Source of the DNA: Candidatus Palauibacter sp.
GTDB lineage: Bacteria; Gemmatimonadota; Gemmatimonadetes; Palauibacterales; Palauibacteraceae
NCBI RefSeq assembly: GCF_965222475.1
Contig: NZ_CBDCUB010000003.1
Coordinates: 83,073-147,072, forward strand
Length of the DNA stretch: 64,000 nt
Reading direction: 5' to 3'
The translations under genes and the position numbers were made by a program. Shown piece after piece: positions 19,719 through 28,524 of this stretch. Numbering within the stretch: position 1 is the stretch's first letter; every line of letters starts with the position of its first letter. Under the pieces are notes generated by a model. The model ran no database searches, was not told where the DNA came from, and saw nothing but the letters and a program-made list of their open reading frames with translations.

Positions 19719-20792
19719 ATGGCGACGATCACCACTGCCTTCCCCATCACGCGCGTCGAGCACTCGAGACGCCCTTCCGTGGACTTCGACAACCTTCCCT
19801 TCGGGTCGATCTGGTCGGACCACATGTTCGTGGCCGACCACCTCGACGGCGAGTGGACGGGCTCGGAGATCCGACCTTACGGCCCGATGGAGATCTACCC
19901 GAGTTCGAAGGCGCTCCAGTACGCCGTCTCGATGTTCGAGGGCTTCAAGGCGCACAAGACGCCGGAGGGCGATCTCGCCGTCTTCCGGCCGGACATGAAC
20001 CAGAAGCGGTTCAATCGCACGGCGGCCCGGTTCGTGATGCCGGAACTCCCGAAGGAGCTGTTCTTCGACGCGCTGCGGGAATTGCTCGACGTCGACTGCG
20101 CGTGGCTGCCGGACGCCGGCCAGGGGGCGCTCTACATACGTCCCAGCTACTTCGGCACCGATCCGACCCTGAACGTCACCCCGGGCCGATCGTTCCGCTT
20201 CGTCCTCATGACCACGCCGGTCGGGCTCTACTTCACCGGATCGCAAACGGTCAGTCTCGTGGCGACGCGGAAGTTCGTGCGCGCATTCCCCGGCGGGACC
20301 GGCGCCCACAAGCCCGCGGCCAACTACGGCCCCACGATGCTGGCCTCCGTGCACGCGCAGGAGCAGGGATACGACAACGTGATCTGGCTCGACGGGCACG
20401 AAGGACGGTTCGTCGAGGAGTGCGGCGTCATGAACATGTGGTTCGTCATCGACGGGACGGCGATCACGCCGCCGCTCGAGGGGACGATCCTCCCCGGCGT
20501 CACGCGCGACTCCCTGATCCAGCTCTGCGCCGATCTCGGGATCCCGTGCGAGGTGCGACGGATCTCGGTGGACGACCTCCTGGACGCGCACGCCGCCGGC
20601 ACGATCGAGGAGGCGTTCGGTTCGGGGACCGCCGCTACGGTGCAGCCGATCGACCGGCTCGGCCTCGACGGGACCGACGTCCTGCTTCCGACGCGCCCCG
20701 ATTCGGTCGCCGCGCGCCTCAAGGCGGAACTGTACGGGATTCAGACCGGGCGGATCGAGGACCGGCACGGCTGGCTCTGGCGCCCCATCTGA
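19719..20792 (+). CDS. ilvE: Branched-chain amino acid aminotransferase
   Basis: LQYAVSMFEGFKA, FRPDMN, LYIRP, HKPAANY (PLP Lys), EECGVMN, ILPGVTR, FGSGTAA. Confidence 0.95.
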   Translation: MATITTAFPITRVEHSRRPSVDFDNLPFGSIWSDHMFVADHLDGEWTGSEIRPYGPMEIYPSSKALQYAVSMFEGFKAHKTPEGDLAVFRPDMNQKRFNRTAARFVMPELPKELFFDALRELLDVDCAWLPDAGQGALYIRPSYFGTDPTLNVTPGRSFRFVLMTTPVGLYFTGSQTVSLVATRKFVRAFPGGTGAHKPAANYGPTMLASVHAQEQGYDNVIWLDGHEGRFVEECGVMNMWFVIDGTAITPPLEGTILPGVTRDSLIQLCADLGIPCEVRRISVDDLLDAHAAGTIEEAFGSGTAATVQPIDRLGLDGTDVLLPTRPDSVAARLKAELYGIQTGRIEDRHGWLWRPI

Positions 20793-20804
20793 GAGAGGCG
20801 ATCG

Positions 20805-21989
20805 TTGAACGTGGCAGCTGAATCGGCCGGCCCGCCGTTCAAGGCCACGCTCTGGATAAAACCAGCCTTCCGCACGGACTTCATCGATGTCCGCGCGAAG
20901 CTGGCCGAGGAGTTCGGGTCGGAGTTCGCCCGCTATCCCAAGGCGCTCTACGTCTCCGACCATACGACGGCGGGATTCCTGGACCAGCGGCTCGCGCAGC
21001 GCCTCGACCACGATCAGGCGAAGCTGCAGGAGTTCATCCGGGTCTTCCACGATATCTTTCCGCCCAAGGCCGGTTACGTCCACGATGAACTCGACCTCCG
21101 CACCGAACTGTCGGACGAGCAGCGGGCCACCGAGCCGGAGAACGCGGACTCCCACCTGACATTCATCGGCGCGGGACTCCAGAGCGCGGCCTCCTACGAC
21201 CACGAGAAGGACCAGCCGGTGTGGTTCGTGGACCTCGACGGCGTGCACAGGGGCGGCACCCGTCAGCGTCGGACGACGATCGTGGGCTACGGCGAGGAGG
21301 AAGTCCTGGCCCGAGCCCAGCTGACGGTGGAGGTCCCCTCGCGCGGCATCGATGCGATCGACCTCAGGGAGCAGGAATTCGGGTTCGTGGATCGGCTCCA
21401 GGCTCTCGTCGAGGAACACGGCGTCTCGTTCGGACGGCTCGATGTCTCGTTGGCACCCCAGGAAGCGGGCGCCAGCCTCACCGTGAACGAGTACGAGCCG
21501 CTTCTGATGGACAGCGACCTCCGCGGTGCCCTGCTCAGCCCCCTGCGATTCATGGCCGATCAGGGCAGGGAGGTTCTGAGCAGGCCGCTGTCGCTCCCCG
21601 GGAAGGCGCTGCGACTCCCGGGGAAGGCGCTGCGGCTGTCCGGGAAGGCGCTCCACGTCGCGAAGGTGGGCACCACCGTGCTGCGAAGCTCTCCGGGACC
21701 GGTCATCGATTCCGCCACGGTGGAGGCGGTCCACATAATGAACCGGGTCCTGAAACGGATCGGGGTCGACGAATCCGTGATCGCCCGCGTCCTGAGCCGG
21801 ACGCTGGCGCTCCCTGTGTCCCGCTTCCAGGGACTGCGGCGGGGGATCAGCCTGCCCGTGATCGACCGGGACGGGGACGGCAAGGGCGAGATCCCGTGGG
21901 GCACGTATCAGAGCCCGATCCTCATCCAGTGGAAGGCGCCGAAGGGACCGACTCGCGAACTCGATGTGAAGCTGGTGCGCTTCGTCTAG
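20805..21989 (+). CDS. Protein with two YjbQ/UPF0047-like domains
   Basis: Domain 1: HTTAG, YVHD, NADSHL, VWFVDLDG. Domain 2: GASLTVNEYEP, WGTYQS. Confidence 0.6.
   Translation: MNVAAESAGPPFKATLWIKPAFRTDFIDVRAKLAEEFGSEFARYPKALYVSDHTTAGFLDQRLAQRLDHDQAKLQEFIRVFHDIFPPKAGYVHDELDLRTELSDEQRATEPENADSHLTFIGAGLQSAASYDHEKDQPVWFVDLDGVHRGGTRQRRTTIVGYGEEEVLARAQLTVEVPSRGIDAIDLREQEFGFVDRLQALVEEHGVSFGRLDVSLAPQEAGASLTVNEYEPLLMDSDLRGALLSPLRFMADQGREVLSRPLSLPGKALRLPGKALRLSGKALHVAKVGTTVLRSSPGPVIDSATVEAVHIMNRVLKRIGVDESVIARVLSRTLALPVSRFQGLRRGISLPVIDRDGDGKGEIPWGTYQSPILIQWKAPKGPTRELDVKLVRFV
21594..21656 (+). repeat. Three 21-bp in-frame units (LPGKALR-LPGKALR-LSGKALH)
   Basis: Seen directly in sequence. Confidence 0.9.
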
Positions 21990-21993
21990 CAGG

Positions 21994-22449
21994 TCAGGCG
22001 GTGTCGGCGGCCGCATCCGGCAGAGGAACTCCGAACACCTTGTCCTCGAGGCGGGCCACCCGATCGGTCACAGCGACGCGGGTCTCAACGAGTTCCTCGC
22101 GGACGGCGTCGATTCGACGACCCAGTCGGCCCTCGACTGCGCGGAGTTCGGTGCGCACACCCGCAATCTCACCCCGGAGCTCGGTGCGGACGGAAATGAT
22201 CTCGGTGCGCAGGCCCGCGACCTCCCGATCAAGCTTGTCACGGACACCGGTGATCTCGCCCCAAAGTTCGTCACGGACGCCTGTGATCTCACCCCGAAGT
22301 TCGTCGCGGACGCCGCCCAGTTCGGCGCGGAATTCCTTCATCTCGGCGCTGAGCTTGCGGATGGCGGCGAAGGTGAGGCCACCGATCGTTCCGCCCACGC
22401 CGATGACGGTGAGCATCAGGGTAATGATTCCAGACACGTCCAATCCCAT
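21994..22449 (-). CDS. Second membrane-anchored 11-aa-repeat coiled-coil protein
   Basis: N-terminal TM segment (IITLMLTVIGVGGTIGGLTF), then (G/E)ITGVRDELRG-type repeats; convergent with the upstream gene. Confidence 0.75.
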   Translation of the reverse strand: MGLDVSGIITLMLTVIGVGGTIGGLTFAAIRKLSAEMKEFRAELGGVRDELRGEITGVRDELWGEITGVRDKLDREVAGLRTEIISVRTELRGEIAGVRTELRAVEGRLGRRIDAVREELVETRVAVTDRVARLEDKVFGVPLPDAAADTA

Positions 22450-22634
22450 CTTCCCGGCTCCGGCCGAGGTTGTGCGACGCGGCCTGACCAACCGCGTTCC
22501 GTGTTCGCACCAACCTCGCGGCGGAAATCAATGTGGTATCAAGCAGGATGCCGCTTCCAGCGGCAGGGGCGCCGTCTTCGCCGCGGGCGCGTCTCCGGCG
22601 GCGCCTGGGCGCGGGCCGGTTCAGGCAGTGGGAG

Positions 22635-23414
22635 TCACACGAGGGATCGTCCCTGGGAGCCGTCCACGGCGATGCAGGCGCCGGTGATGAGACTCGCGCG
22701 CTCCGAGGCGAGGAACGTCACGACGTCCGCAACCTCGTCGGCGCGTCCGAACCGTCCCAGCGGCAGGTTTGCCTTTACGAACTCCCGCATCCCCTCCGGG
22801 TCCGACTTCACGCGTTTATCCCAGCTTCCGCCGGGGAACTGGATGGAGCCGGGCGCGACGCAGTTCACGCGGATGGCGTCTTTGGCCAGTTCCAGCGCCA
22901 TGATCCCCGCAGCCGAGATCAGCGCCGTCTTCGTCGTGTTGTAGATCGACAGTCCCGGGCCGCCCTTCTCGCGTCCGAAGACCGACGACACGAAGACGAT
23001 CGACCCGCCGCCCGCCGCGCGCATGTGGGGGATCGCCAGCCGGCTGGCCCGAAACCCGGACAGGACGTTGAGTTGAAGGATGTCCAGCCAGTCCTCGTCG
23101 CTCGTCTCCTCGAACTTCCCACGCCGGTTGCCGCCGACGTTGTTCACGAGGACATCCAGCGCGCCGTAGCGGTGGGCGGCCGCGTCCACGAGCCGCGCCG
23201 CTCCGTCCTCCTCGGCGATATCGCAGGCCACCGTGAGAACGTCCGCGACACCTTCCGCCCGCAGGGATTCGGCCGCCGACTCGAGCGGATCCCGGTTGCG
23301 CGCGCACAGCGCCAGCCGCGCACCCTCGGCCCCCAGCGCCCGCGCCGTGTAGAGGCCGATCCCCCGGCTCCCGCCGGTGACGACCGCGACCTTCCCCTTC
23401 AGTCCGAGATCCAT
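22635..23414 (-). CDS. Short-chain dehydrogenase/reductase (SDR)
   Basis: TGGSRGIG, NNVG, YNTTK (YxxxK), RVNCVAPG; start MDLGLKGK. Confidence 0.95.
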   Translation of the reverse strand: MDLGLKGKVAVVTGGSRGIGLYTARALGAEGARLALCARNRDPLESAAESLRAEGVADVLTVACDIAEEDGAARLVDAAAHRYGALDVLVNNVGGNRRGKFEETSDEDWLDILQLNVLSGFRASRLAIPHMRAAGGGSIVFVSSVFGREKGGPGLSIYNTTKTALISAAGIMALELAKDAIRVNCVAPGSIQFPGGSWDKRVKSDPEGMREFVKANLPLGRFGRADEVADVVTFLASERASLITGACIAVDGSQGRSLV

Positions 23415-23628
23415 GCGCGAGACTCTACCGGGCACGTCCGTCGCCCGCCACCCCCGCCCGCTCAAGCAACGCGCTTGCCGGAGTTCTGGAGCATGGCAAG
23501 GTTCCGTAGCCTTCTCAGGTGACCGAGGGATATGACCCCCAGATCTTGGACACCCCCCCTTTGTGACGTTTGACCTCCGGGCGCGGTGCTGCGCAGGGTA
23601 GAGCCTGGCAGACCGGAAGGAGGTTGTC

Positions 23629-23907
23629 ATGGCACGGCGGCGGTACACGCCCAAGCTGAAGGCGCAGGTGGTGCTGGAGGTCCTGACGGGCGGGAAGACG
23701 CCCGGCCAGGTGGCCAAGGCGTACGGAGTGCACCCGAACTCGGTACAGCTCTGGAAGCGGCGCTTCGTGGAGCGGGCGCCGGAGGTCTTCGCCGGGGACA
23801 CGGCGGTGAACGAGTGCGAGCGCCGGATCCGGGACCTGGAGCAACTCCTGGGCAAGAAGGAGGTGGAGATCGCGCTGCTAAGAAACTTCTTGGGCCGGAG
23901 CGGCTGA
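23629..23907 (+). CDS. IS3 transposase OrfA (HTH)
   Basis: RRRYTPKLKAQVVLE and VAKAYGVHPNSVQLWK; GGAGG RBS. Confidence 0.92.
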   Translation: MARRRYTPKLKAQVVLEVLTGGKTPGQVAKAYGVHPNSVQLWKRRFVERAPEVFAGDTAVNECERRIRDLEQLLGKKEVEIALLRNFLGRSG

Positions 23908-23909
23908 GC

Positions 23910-24805
23910 GTGGAGGCGAAGGTGGCCCTGGTCTCCGGCACGCGCGAGGCGTACGGCCTGGGGCCGTCGCTGCGGGCGGTGGAGTTGGCGCGCTCGACGT
24001 GGCACCACCACACCCGGACGAGGGTCGGGTACGCGGAGAAGTACGCGCACCCGGGGCGCCGCTGAAGGCGATCGCCGAGGCGCACCCGGAGTACGGGTAC
24101 CGGCGGGCCGCGGTGGAACTCAGGGAGACATACGGATACCGGGTGAACCGGAAGGTGGTGGCGCGGCTGCACCGGCTGTGGGACCTGCCCTTGAGGCGCA
24201 CGGTTAGGCGCCCGAAGCCGAGCGCGGTCCGGCGGACCATAGACGCCGCGGGTCCGCACGCCAACCTGCTGTCGAGACGGCCGAAGGTGGAGATCGGGCC
24301 GCTGGAGGTCTTCTACACGGACTTCACCGAGCTCGTCTACGCCGGCGGGACCCGGAAGGCGTGGCTGATCCCGATCCTCGATCACCGGGCGAAGTACGTG
24401 CCGGGCTTCGCCGTTGGAGCGTCGGCCAACTCCGACCTGGCGCTCTCGGCCTGGACGGCCGCGGAGCGGACCCTGGCCCGCCTCCGGAGTTCGCTTGGGG
24501 GAGTCGTCGTCCACCACGACCGGGACCCCGTGTTCACCGGTTACGCGTGGACCGGCCGGCTGCTGTCGGCGGGCGCGCGACTCTCCCATGCCCTCCGCGG
24601 GCCTCGGGACAACCCGGAGATGGAGAGCTTCTTCGGCCGGTTCAAGGTGGAGAACCGGTCGCTGATCCTCGACGCCGGCTCGCTCGAGGAGCTCGCGGCC
24701 GTCGTGCGGGACCGGATCAACTACTACAATCGGGTGCGCCGTCACTCCTCCCTCGGAGACCGGCCACCCCTGAGAATCATCGAGGACTTCTACCGCGAGG
24801 GCTGA
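23910..24805 (+). pseudogene. IS3 transposase OrfB (DDE), with an internal frameshift near 24047-24057
   Basis: YGYRR, YTDFTE, HHDRD, DNPEMESFF, YYNRVRRHSSL. The N-terminal part is in a different frame from the catalytic part; span is 3n+2. Confidence 0.85.
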
Positions 24806-24963
24806 GCAGCACAATAAACCCGGAGATCGGGTGTCCAACTTTGGGGGGTCACTTCAGAGCGCCTCTTCGTATCGGTTGCAGAAGGCGAACCGCGACGAGC
24901 ACCGCACACTGACGGTGTCCTCACTCCACAGATCCCACACTCCAGTCGCGATAGCGAGAACAC

Positions 24964-27900
24964 ATGTCCGAGCAAACGTCGGTAGACGGTCCAACGATTG
25001 GCGACTGCCTCCGGTTGCTAACTCGAAGAGTTGTACCGGCGGGACAGCGCCAGCTCTATGAAGCGCTGCTCAGGGCAGGATCGAAAGGAGCCACGACGCC
25101 GGAGCTTGTCTCAACGATGGGCCGTCGAGACGCATCAGAGTTGAGCGGCGTACTCGGAGCGCTGGGGCACCGAATCAACGGAACGCCCGGGTACGGAGCG
25201 ACCCACGAACCCGGCATTTCGATGATCCTGCGGATCACCAAGGCCGACGGGGGATGGCGATATCGCCTGGAGCCCGTTATGCGCGAAGCTCTTGAGGCAC
25301 ACGCCCCTTCGTGGCTCTCGAACTCTGCCGACGCTAAAGCCCATCGTCTCGTGGCCTTCGTCCGATCGCGGTTTCCGGGATGGAACGGATTTGAGGATCC
25401 ACGCTTCAACGGAGGCCGACTCGACGAGGTCGGCTACAAGCTCGCCACTCGGGAGAAGGCTCAGGATGTCTTGTCTGAGGAGACCCTGTCCAAGCTGCTC
25501 GACGCCCGAGATGCCGATGGCTTCATCGATCAACTCATATCCGTCGGTAGCGACAACAATCTTCTTTGGCAGCCGAAGGCTCAGATCGGCGACCTGAGCC
25601 TGCTCCATCATGATGATCTGGATCGGCCCAGCTTCTGCAAGGCTTTCTTCGACCTCCTTTACGGCGATGGTGATACTCCGACTCGCCTTGATCGGTACGT
25701 GCATTGGGTGTCGTCGCAAGACCTCGATTCAATGAATCGATGGACGCTTCCCACATATTTTCTCTTCTTCCTCGACACCGAGAACGAGATTTTTGTCAAA
25801 CCCAGGGCCACCAGGAACTTCCTGAAGCTCGGCGGCTGGGACATCCAGTTTGACGCCAAACCCGCCGGAGACGACTACGCCCGCATCCGCGATGCCTACC
25901 GTGAGTTGCGCGAAGCTCTGGCGGAGTACGGCCCACGCCACATGATCGACGTACAGAGCTTCGGCTGGGTCGCGCATGACGAGGAGCAAAGGCAGGCAGA
26001 GGCGCGGAAACGCAATGAGGAGGAGGGGTTCGAGTGCAATCGTGACGTCCGCACGGCGATCGAGCAGTTCGAGAAAGACGAGTCCGCCGCTTTTCTGATC
26101 GCCAAGGCGAAGCTTATCGAGGGGGCCCGCAAGCGGTTCGGCGAGATCTTTGGGAACGGAGACAGGCTGCGGTCGCTGTCTGCCGAGACTTTCTTTGGTT
26201 TCTTCAACGAGGTGAGCGGTCATGGCAAAGTCTTCAGGCTCGGTATTCCTTTGCCGAAGAATCCGGAAACGGCGATGTTCAAGAAACTCCAGCGGGATTT
26301 GCCCGATCTGAGGGCGGGGCTAACTCAGCTGCTCCATGCGGGCGGAACGCCAGCTGAGAACGTCGATGCTATGTGGACCGCCGGCCATAACGTCAACATC
26401 TTCATTTCAGAAGGGCTGACTGTTCCAAGCGCACTGCTTTTCATTCAAGACCCGGAGAAGTGGTCCGCCGTTCTGCCGATGCCGCAGAAGGAGCACAAGC
26501 TCCAGACGACCGGGCACATGCCCCCGTTGGCGGAAGAAGCAACGCTGGGCGAGCGTTTCTGGGCCTTCGAGCGCGCTTTGACCGAATTGCCACGTCGATA
26601 CGGTCGCGAGTGGGGTCCGGAGGTGCGCCAAGCGTTCTATTACAGCCCCGCCTTCAATCGACTCGAAGATGCGGACGGGCAGAACGGCGATGGTGAGGAA
26701 TCTTCACCTCCCCCATCCCCGTCGGGGCTCCGTTTCGAAGAGCTGGCGGACTTGCTCCGGCGTGAGGGGCTCCAGTTTCCGCGGGAGGTCGTCGCCAACT
26801 ACTTGCTGGCTTTGCAGACAAAGCGGTTCGCCATTTTGACGGGGATCTCGGGGACGGGAAAAACACGGATCGCGCTGGCCGTCGCTCTCGCCTTCCGGGT
26901 GACGATTGGTGGCCACCGGACGCGAAAACCAAAAGGATGGGGCAGGCCGGACCATGCCGTCCGCTTTCGGGAAACAAGCCAGCCGGACGCCGAGGGAGAG
27001 GAGATCCTTCGGAAAATCGCCGGAGGTCGAGTGTGGATCGAGAAAGGCACGACACGCACACAGCTATCCGTGAAGGAAGTGCTCAGCACGCCGGGGCTGG
27101 ACCACGACAGGGTGCTCCGACCCCAGGGCATCCATGTGCGGCCGCTCGAGAAGGCGGTCTACATCGGCTACAAGTCGCCCTTAATGAGAGAACAGATGGC
27201 CGATACCATCTTCGCGCACAATTGGGCGAACGGTCTGAATCAGCTGCCAAGTATCGAGAGAGGCGGGCAGCACCGATTCGGCAAAGGGCGGAGCTACACG
27301 ATCCGGGTTCCGTTCCATCTCCTCGGGGTCGGTGAAACCGAGGAACAATCTGACCAACAGCAGATCGAGTCCCAACCGCCGGAGACTAGTGGGGTGGAGG
27401 AGCGGGAACTAGAAAACAGCGTCGTGGTGCCGGTGCGACCGGACTGGATGGATAACCGGGGATTGCTGGGATACCTCAACCCGCTCACGAACGAGTATTC
27501 GACCACCCCCTTCCTTTCTCTTCTTCTCGATGCGCAAGAGGAAGAGATGAGGGCCAAGAGAGAGGAACGCGACGCCCATCCATTCTTCGTCGTGCTGGAC
27601 GAGATGAACCTCGCCCGGGTGGAGCACTACTTCTCGGACTTCCTGTCGGCGCTCGAGTCGGGCGAAGCCATACCCCTTCACGACAGCCAGAAGATCGAGG
27701 CTGGCGAGACGAAATCCGGCACCCAGGTACCGCGGAAGTTGAGGGTCCCAGGCAACGTCTTCTTTACCGGCACGGTGAATGTCGATGAGACGACGTACAT
27801 GTTCAGCCCGAAGGTGCTCGATCGGGCGTTCACGATCGAGTTCGACCGCGTGAACCTTGAAGGCTACACGGCGGGCGAGGGTTCCGAGGAGCGATCCGGT

Positions 27901-28524
27901 TTGGATCTGAGCGCGGATGACGAAAGGTTGCGTCTCAAGCCCTACACGAAGCCGGGGCGCGATGAATGGTTGAAGTTCACCGAGCTGGCTGGGGGCCGCT
28001 TCTACAAAACGCTCGCTGAGCTCCACGGCATCCTGGAGAGAGAACACCGTCATTTCGGTTACCGGGTGGCGAACGAAATCGCTCGCTTCGTCAACCTCGC
28101 GAGGGAACAGTCGGCGGATAAGGACAATGCCGCCGCCGCAGCGTTCGACCTCGCATTGCTCCAGAAGGTCCTCCCGAAGTTCCATGGCACCCAGCAGGAA
28201 TTGGAGGATCTGCTCAAGCGCTTGTTCGACTTCGCCGTGCACGGGCGGGATCGCGGCCGCCGGAGGAGCGATGCCGTCAGACTGGACGGCTGGAGCGTTG
28301 TGGACGGTCGTCTGACGCCGAGCGACGAGTCCGGACTGGGCGGGCCCGGAGCGTCGGAGTCCGATACCGGTGGGTCCAAGACAGCGGACGCCGGACCCGG
28401 ATCAGACGGGGCGGTTGCCACTCGCGGGCACGGCCGGGCTCCGGCGTTTCCACGGACCGGGGCCAAGATCTGGCGCATGCTGAGGCGGCTGGAGCAGCGA
28501 GGCTTCACTTCGTTCATCGAGTGA
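24964..28524 (+). CDS. mcrB: Large McrB-like AAA+ GTPase (type IV restriction motor)
   Basis: GISGTGKT Walker A, VPVRPDW, LDEMNLARVEHYFSDFLS, GTVNVDE (NxxD), SPKVLDRA, LLQKVLPKFHG. Confidence 0.92.
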   Translation: MSEQTSVDGPTIGDCLRLLTRRVVPAGQRQLYEALLRAGSKGATTPELVSTMGRRDASELSGVLGALGHRINGTPGYGATHEPGISMILRITKADGGWRYRLEPVMREALEAHAPSWLSNSADAKAHRLVAFVRSRFPGWNGFEDPRFNGGRLDEVGYKLATREKAQDVLSEETLSKLLDARDADGFIDQLISVGSDNNLLWQPKAQIGDLSLLHHDDLDRPSFCKAFFDLLYGDGDTPTRLDRYVHWVSSQDLDSMNRWTLPTYFLFFLDTENEIFVKPRATRNFLKLGGWDIQFDAKPAGDDYARIRDAYRELREALAEYGPRHMIDVQSFGWVAHDEEQRQAEARKRNEEEGFECNRDVRTAIEQFEKDESAAFLIAKAKLIEGARKRFGEIFGNGDRLRSLSAETFFGFFNEVSGHGKVFRLGIPLPKNPETAMFKKLQRDLPDLRAGLTQLLHAGGTPAENVDAMWTAGHNVNIFISEGLTVPSALLFIQDPEKWSAVLPMPQKEHKLQTTGHMPPLAEEATLGERFWAFERALTELPRRYGREWGPEVRQAFYYSPAFNRLEDADGQNGDGEESSPPPSPSGLRFEELADLLRREGLQFPREVVANYLLALQTKRFAILTGISGTGKTRIALAVALAFRVTIGGHRTRKPKGWGRPDHAVRFRETSQPDAEGEEILRKIAGGRVWIEKGTTRTQLSVKEVLSTPGLDHDRVLRPQGIHVRPLEKAVYIGYKSPLMREQMADTIFAHNWANGLNQLPSIERGGQHRFGKGRSYTIRVPFHLLGVGETEEQSDQQQIESQPPETSGVEERELENSVVVPVRPDWMDNRGLLGYLNPLTNEYSTTPFLSLLLDAQEEEMRAKREERDAHPFFVVLDEMNLARVEHYFSDFLSALESGEAIPLHDSQKIEAGETKSGTQVPRKLRVPGNVFFTGTVNVDETTYMFSPKVLDRAFTIEFDRVNLEGYTAGEGSEERSGLDLSADDERLRLKPYTKPGRDEWLKFTELAGGRFYKTLAELHGILEREHRHFGYRVANEIARFVNLAREQSADKDNAAAAAFDLALLQKVLPKFHGTQQELEDLLKRLFDFAVHGRDRGRRRSDAVRLDGWSVVDGRLTPSDESGLGGPGASESDTGGSKTADAGPGSDGAVATRGHGRAPAFPRTGAKIWRMLRRLEQRGFTSFIE

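Larger units (their letters stand above)
23528..24856 (+). mobile_element. IS3-family insertion sequence with imperfect terminal IRs and a 3-bp GAG target duplication
   Basis: Left end GGATATGACCCCCAGATCTTGGACACCC versus reverse complement of right end TGAAGTGACCCCCCAAAGTTGGACACCC; GAG at 23525-23527 and 24857-24859. Confidence 0.9.

Noticed and set aside
22635-24050. 471-aa ORF as an SDR-transposase fusion
   Set aside because: The upstream part is antisense to the IS; the SDR begins at 23414.
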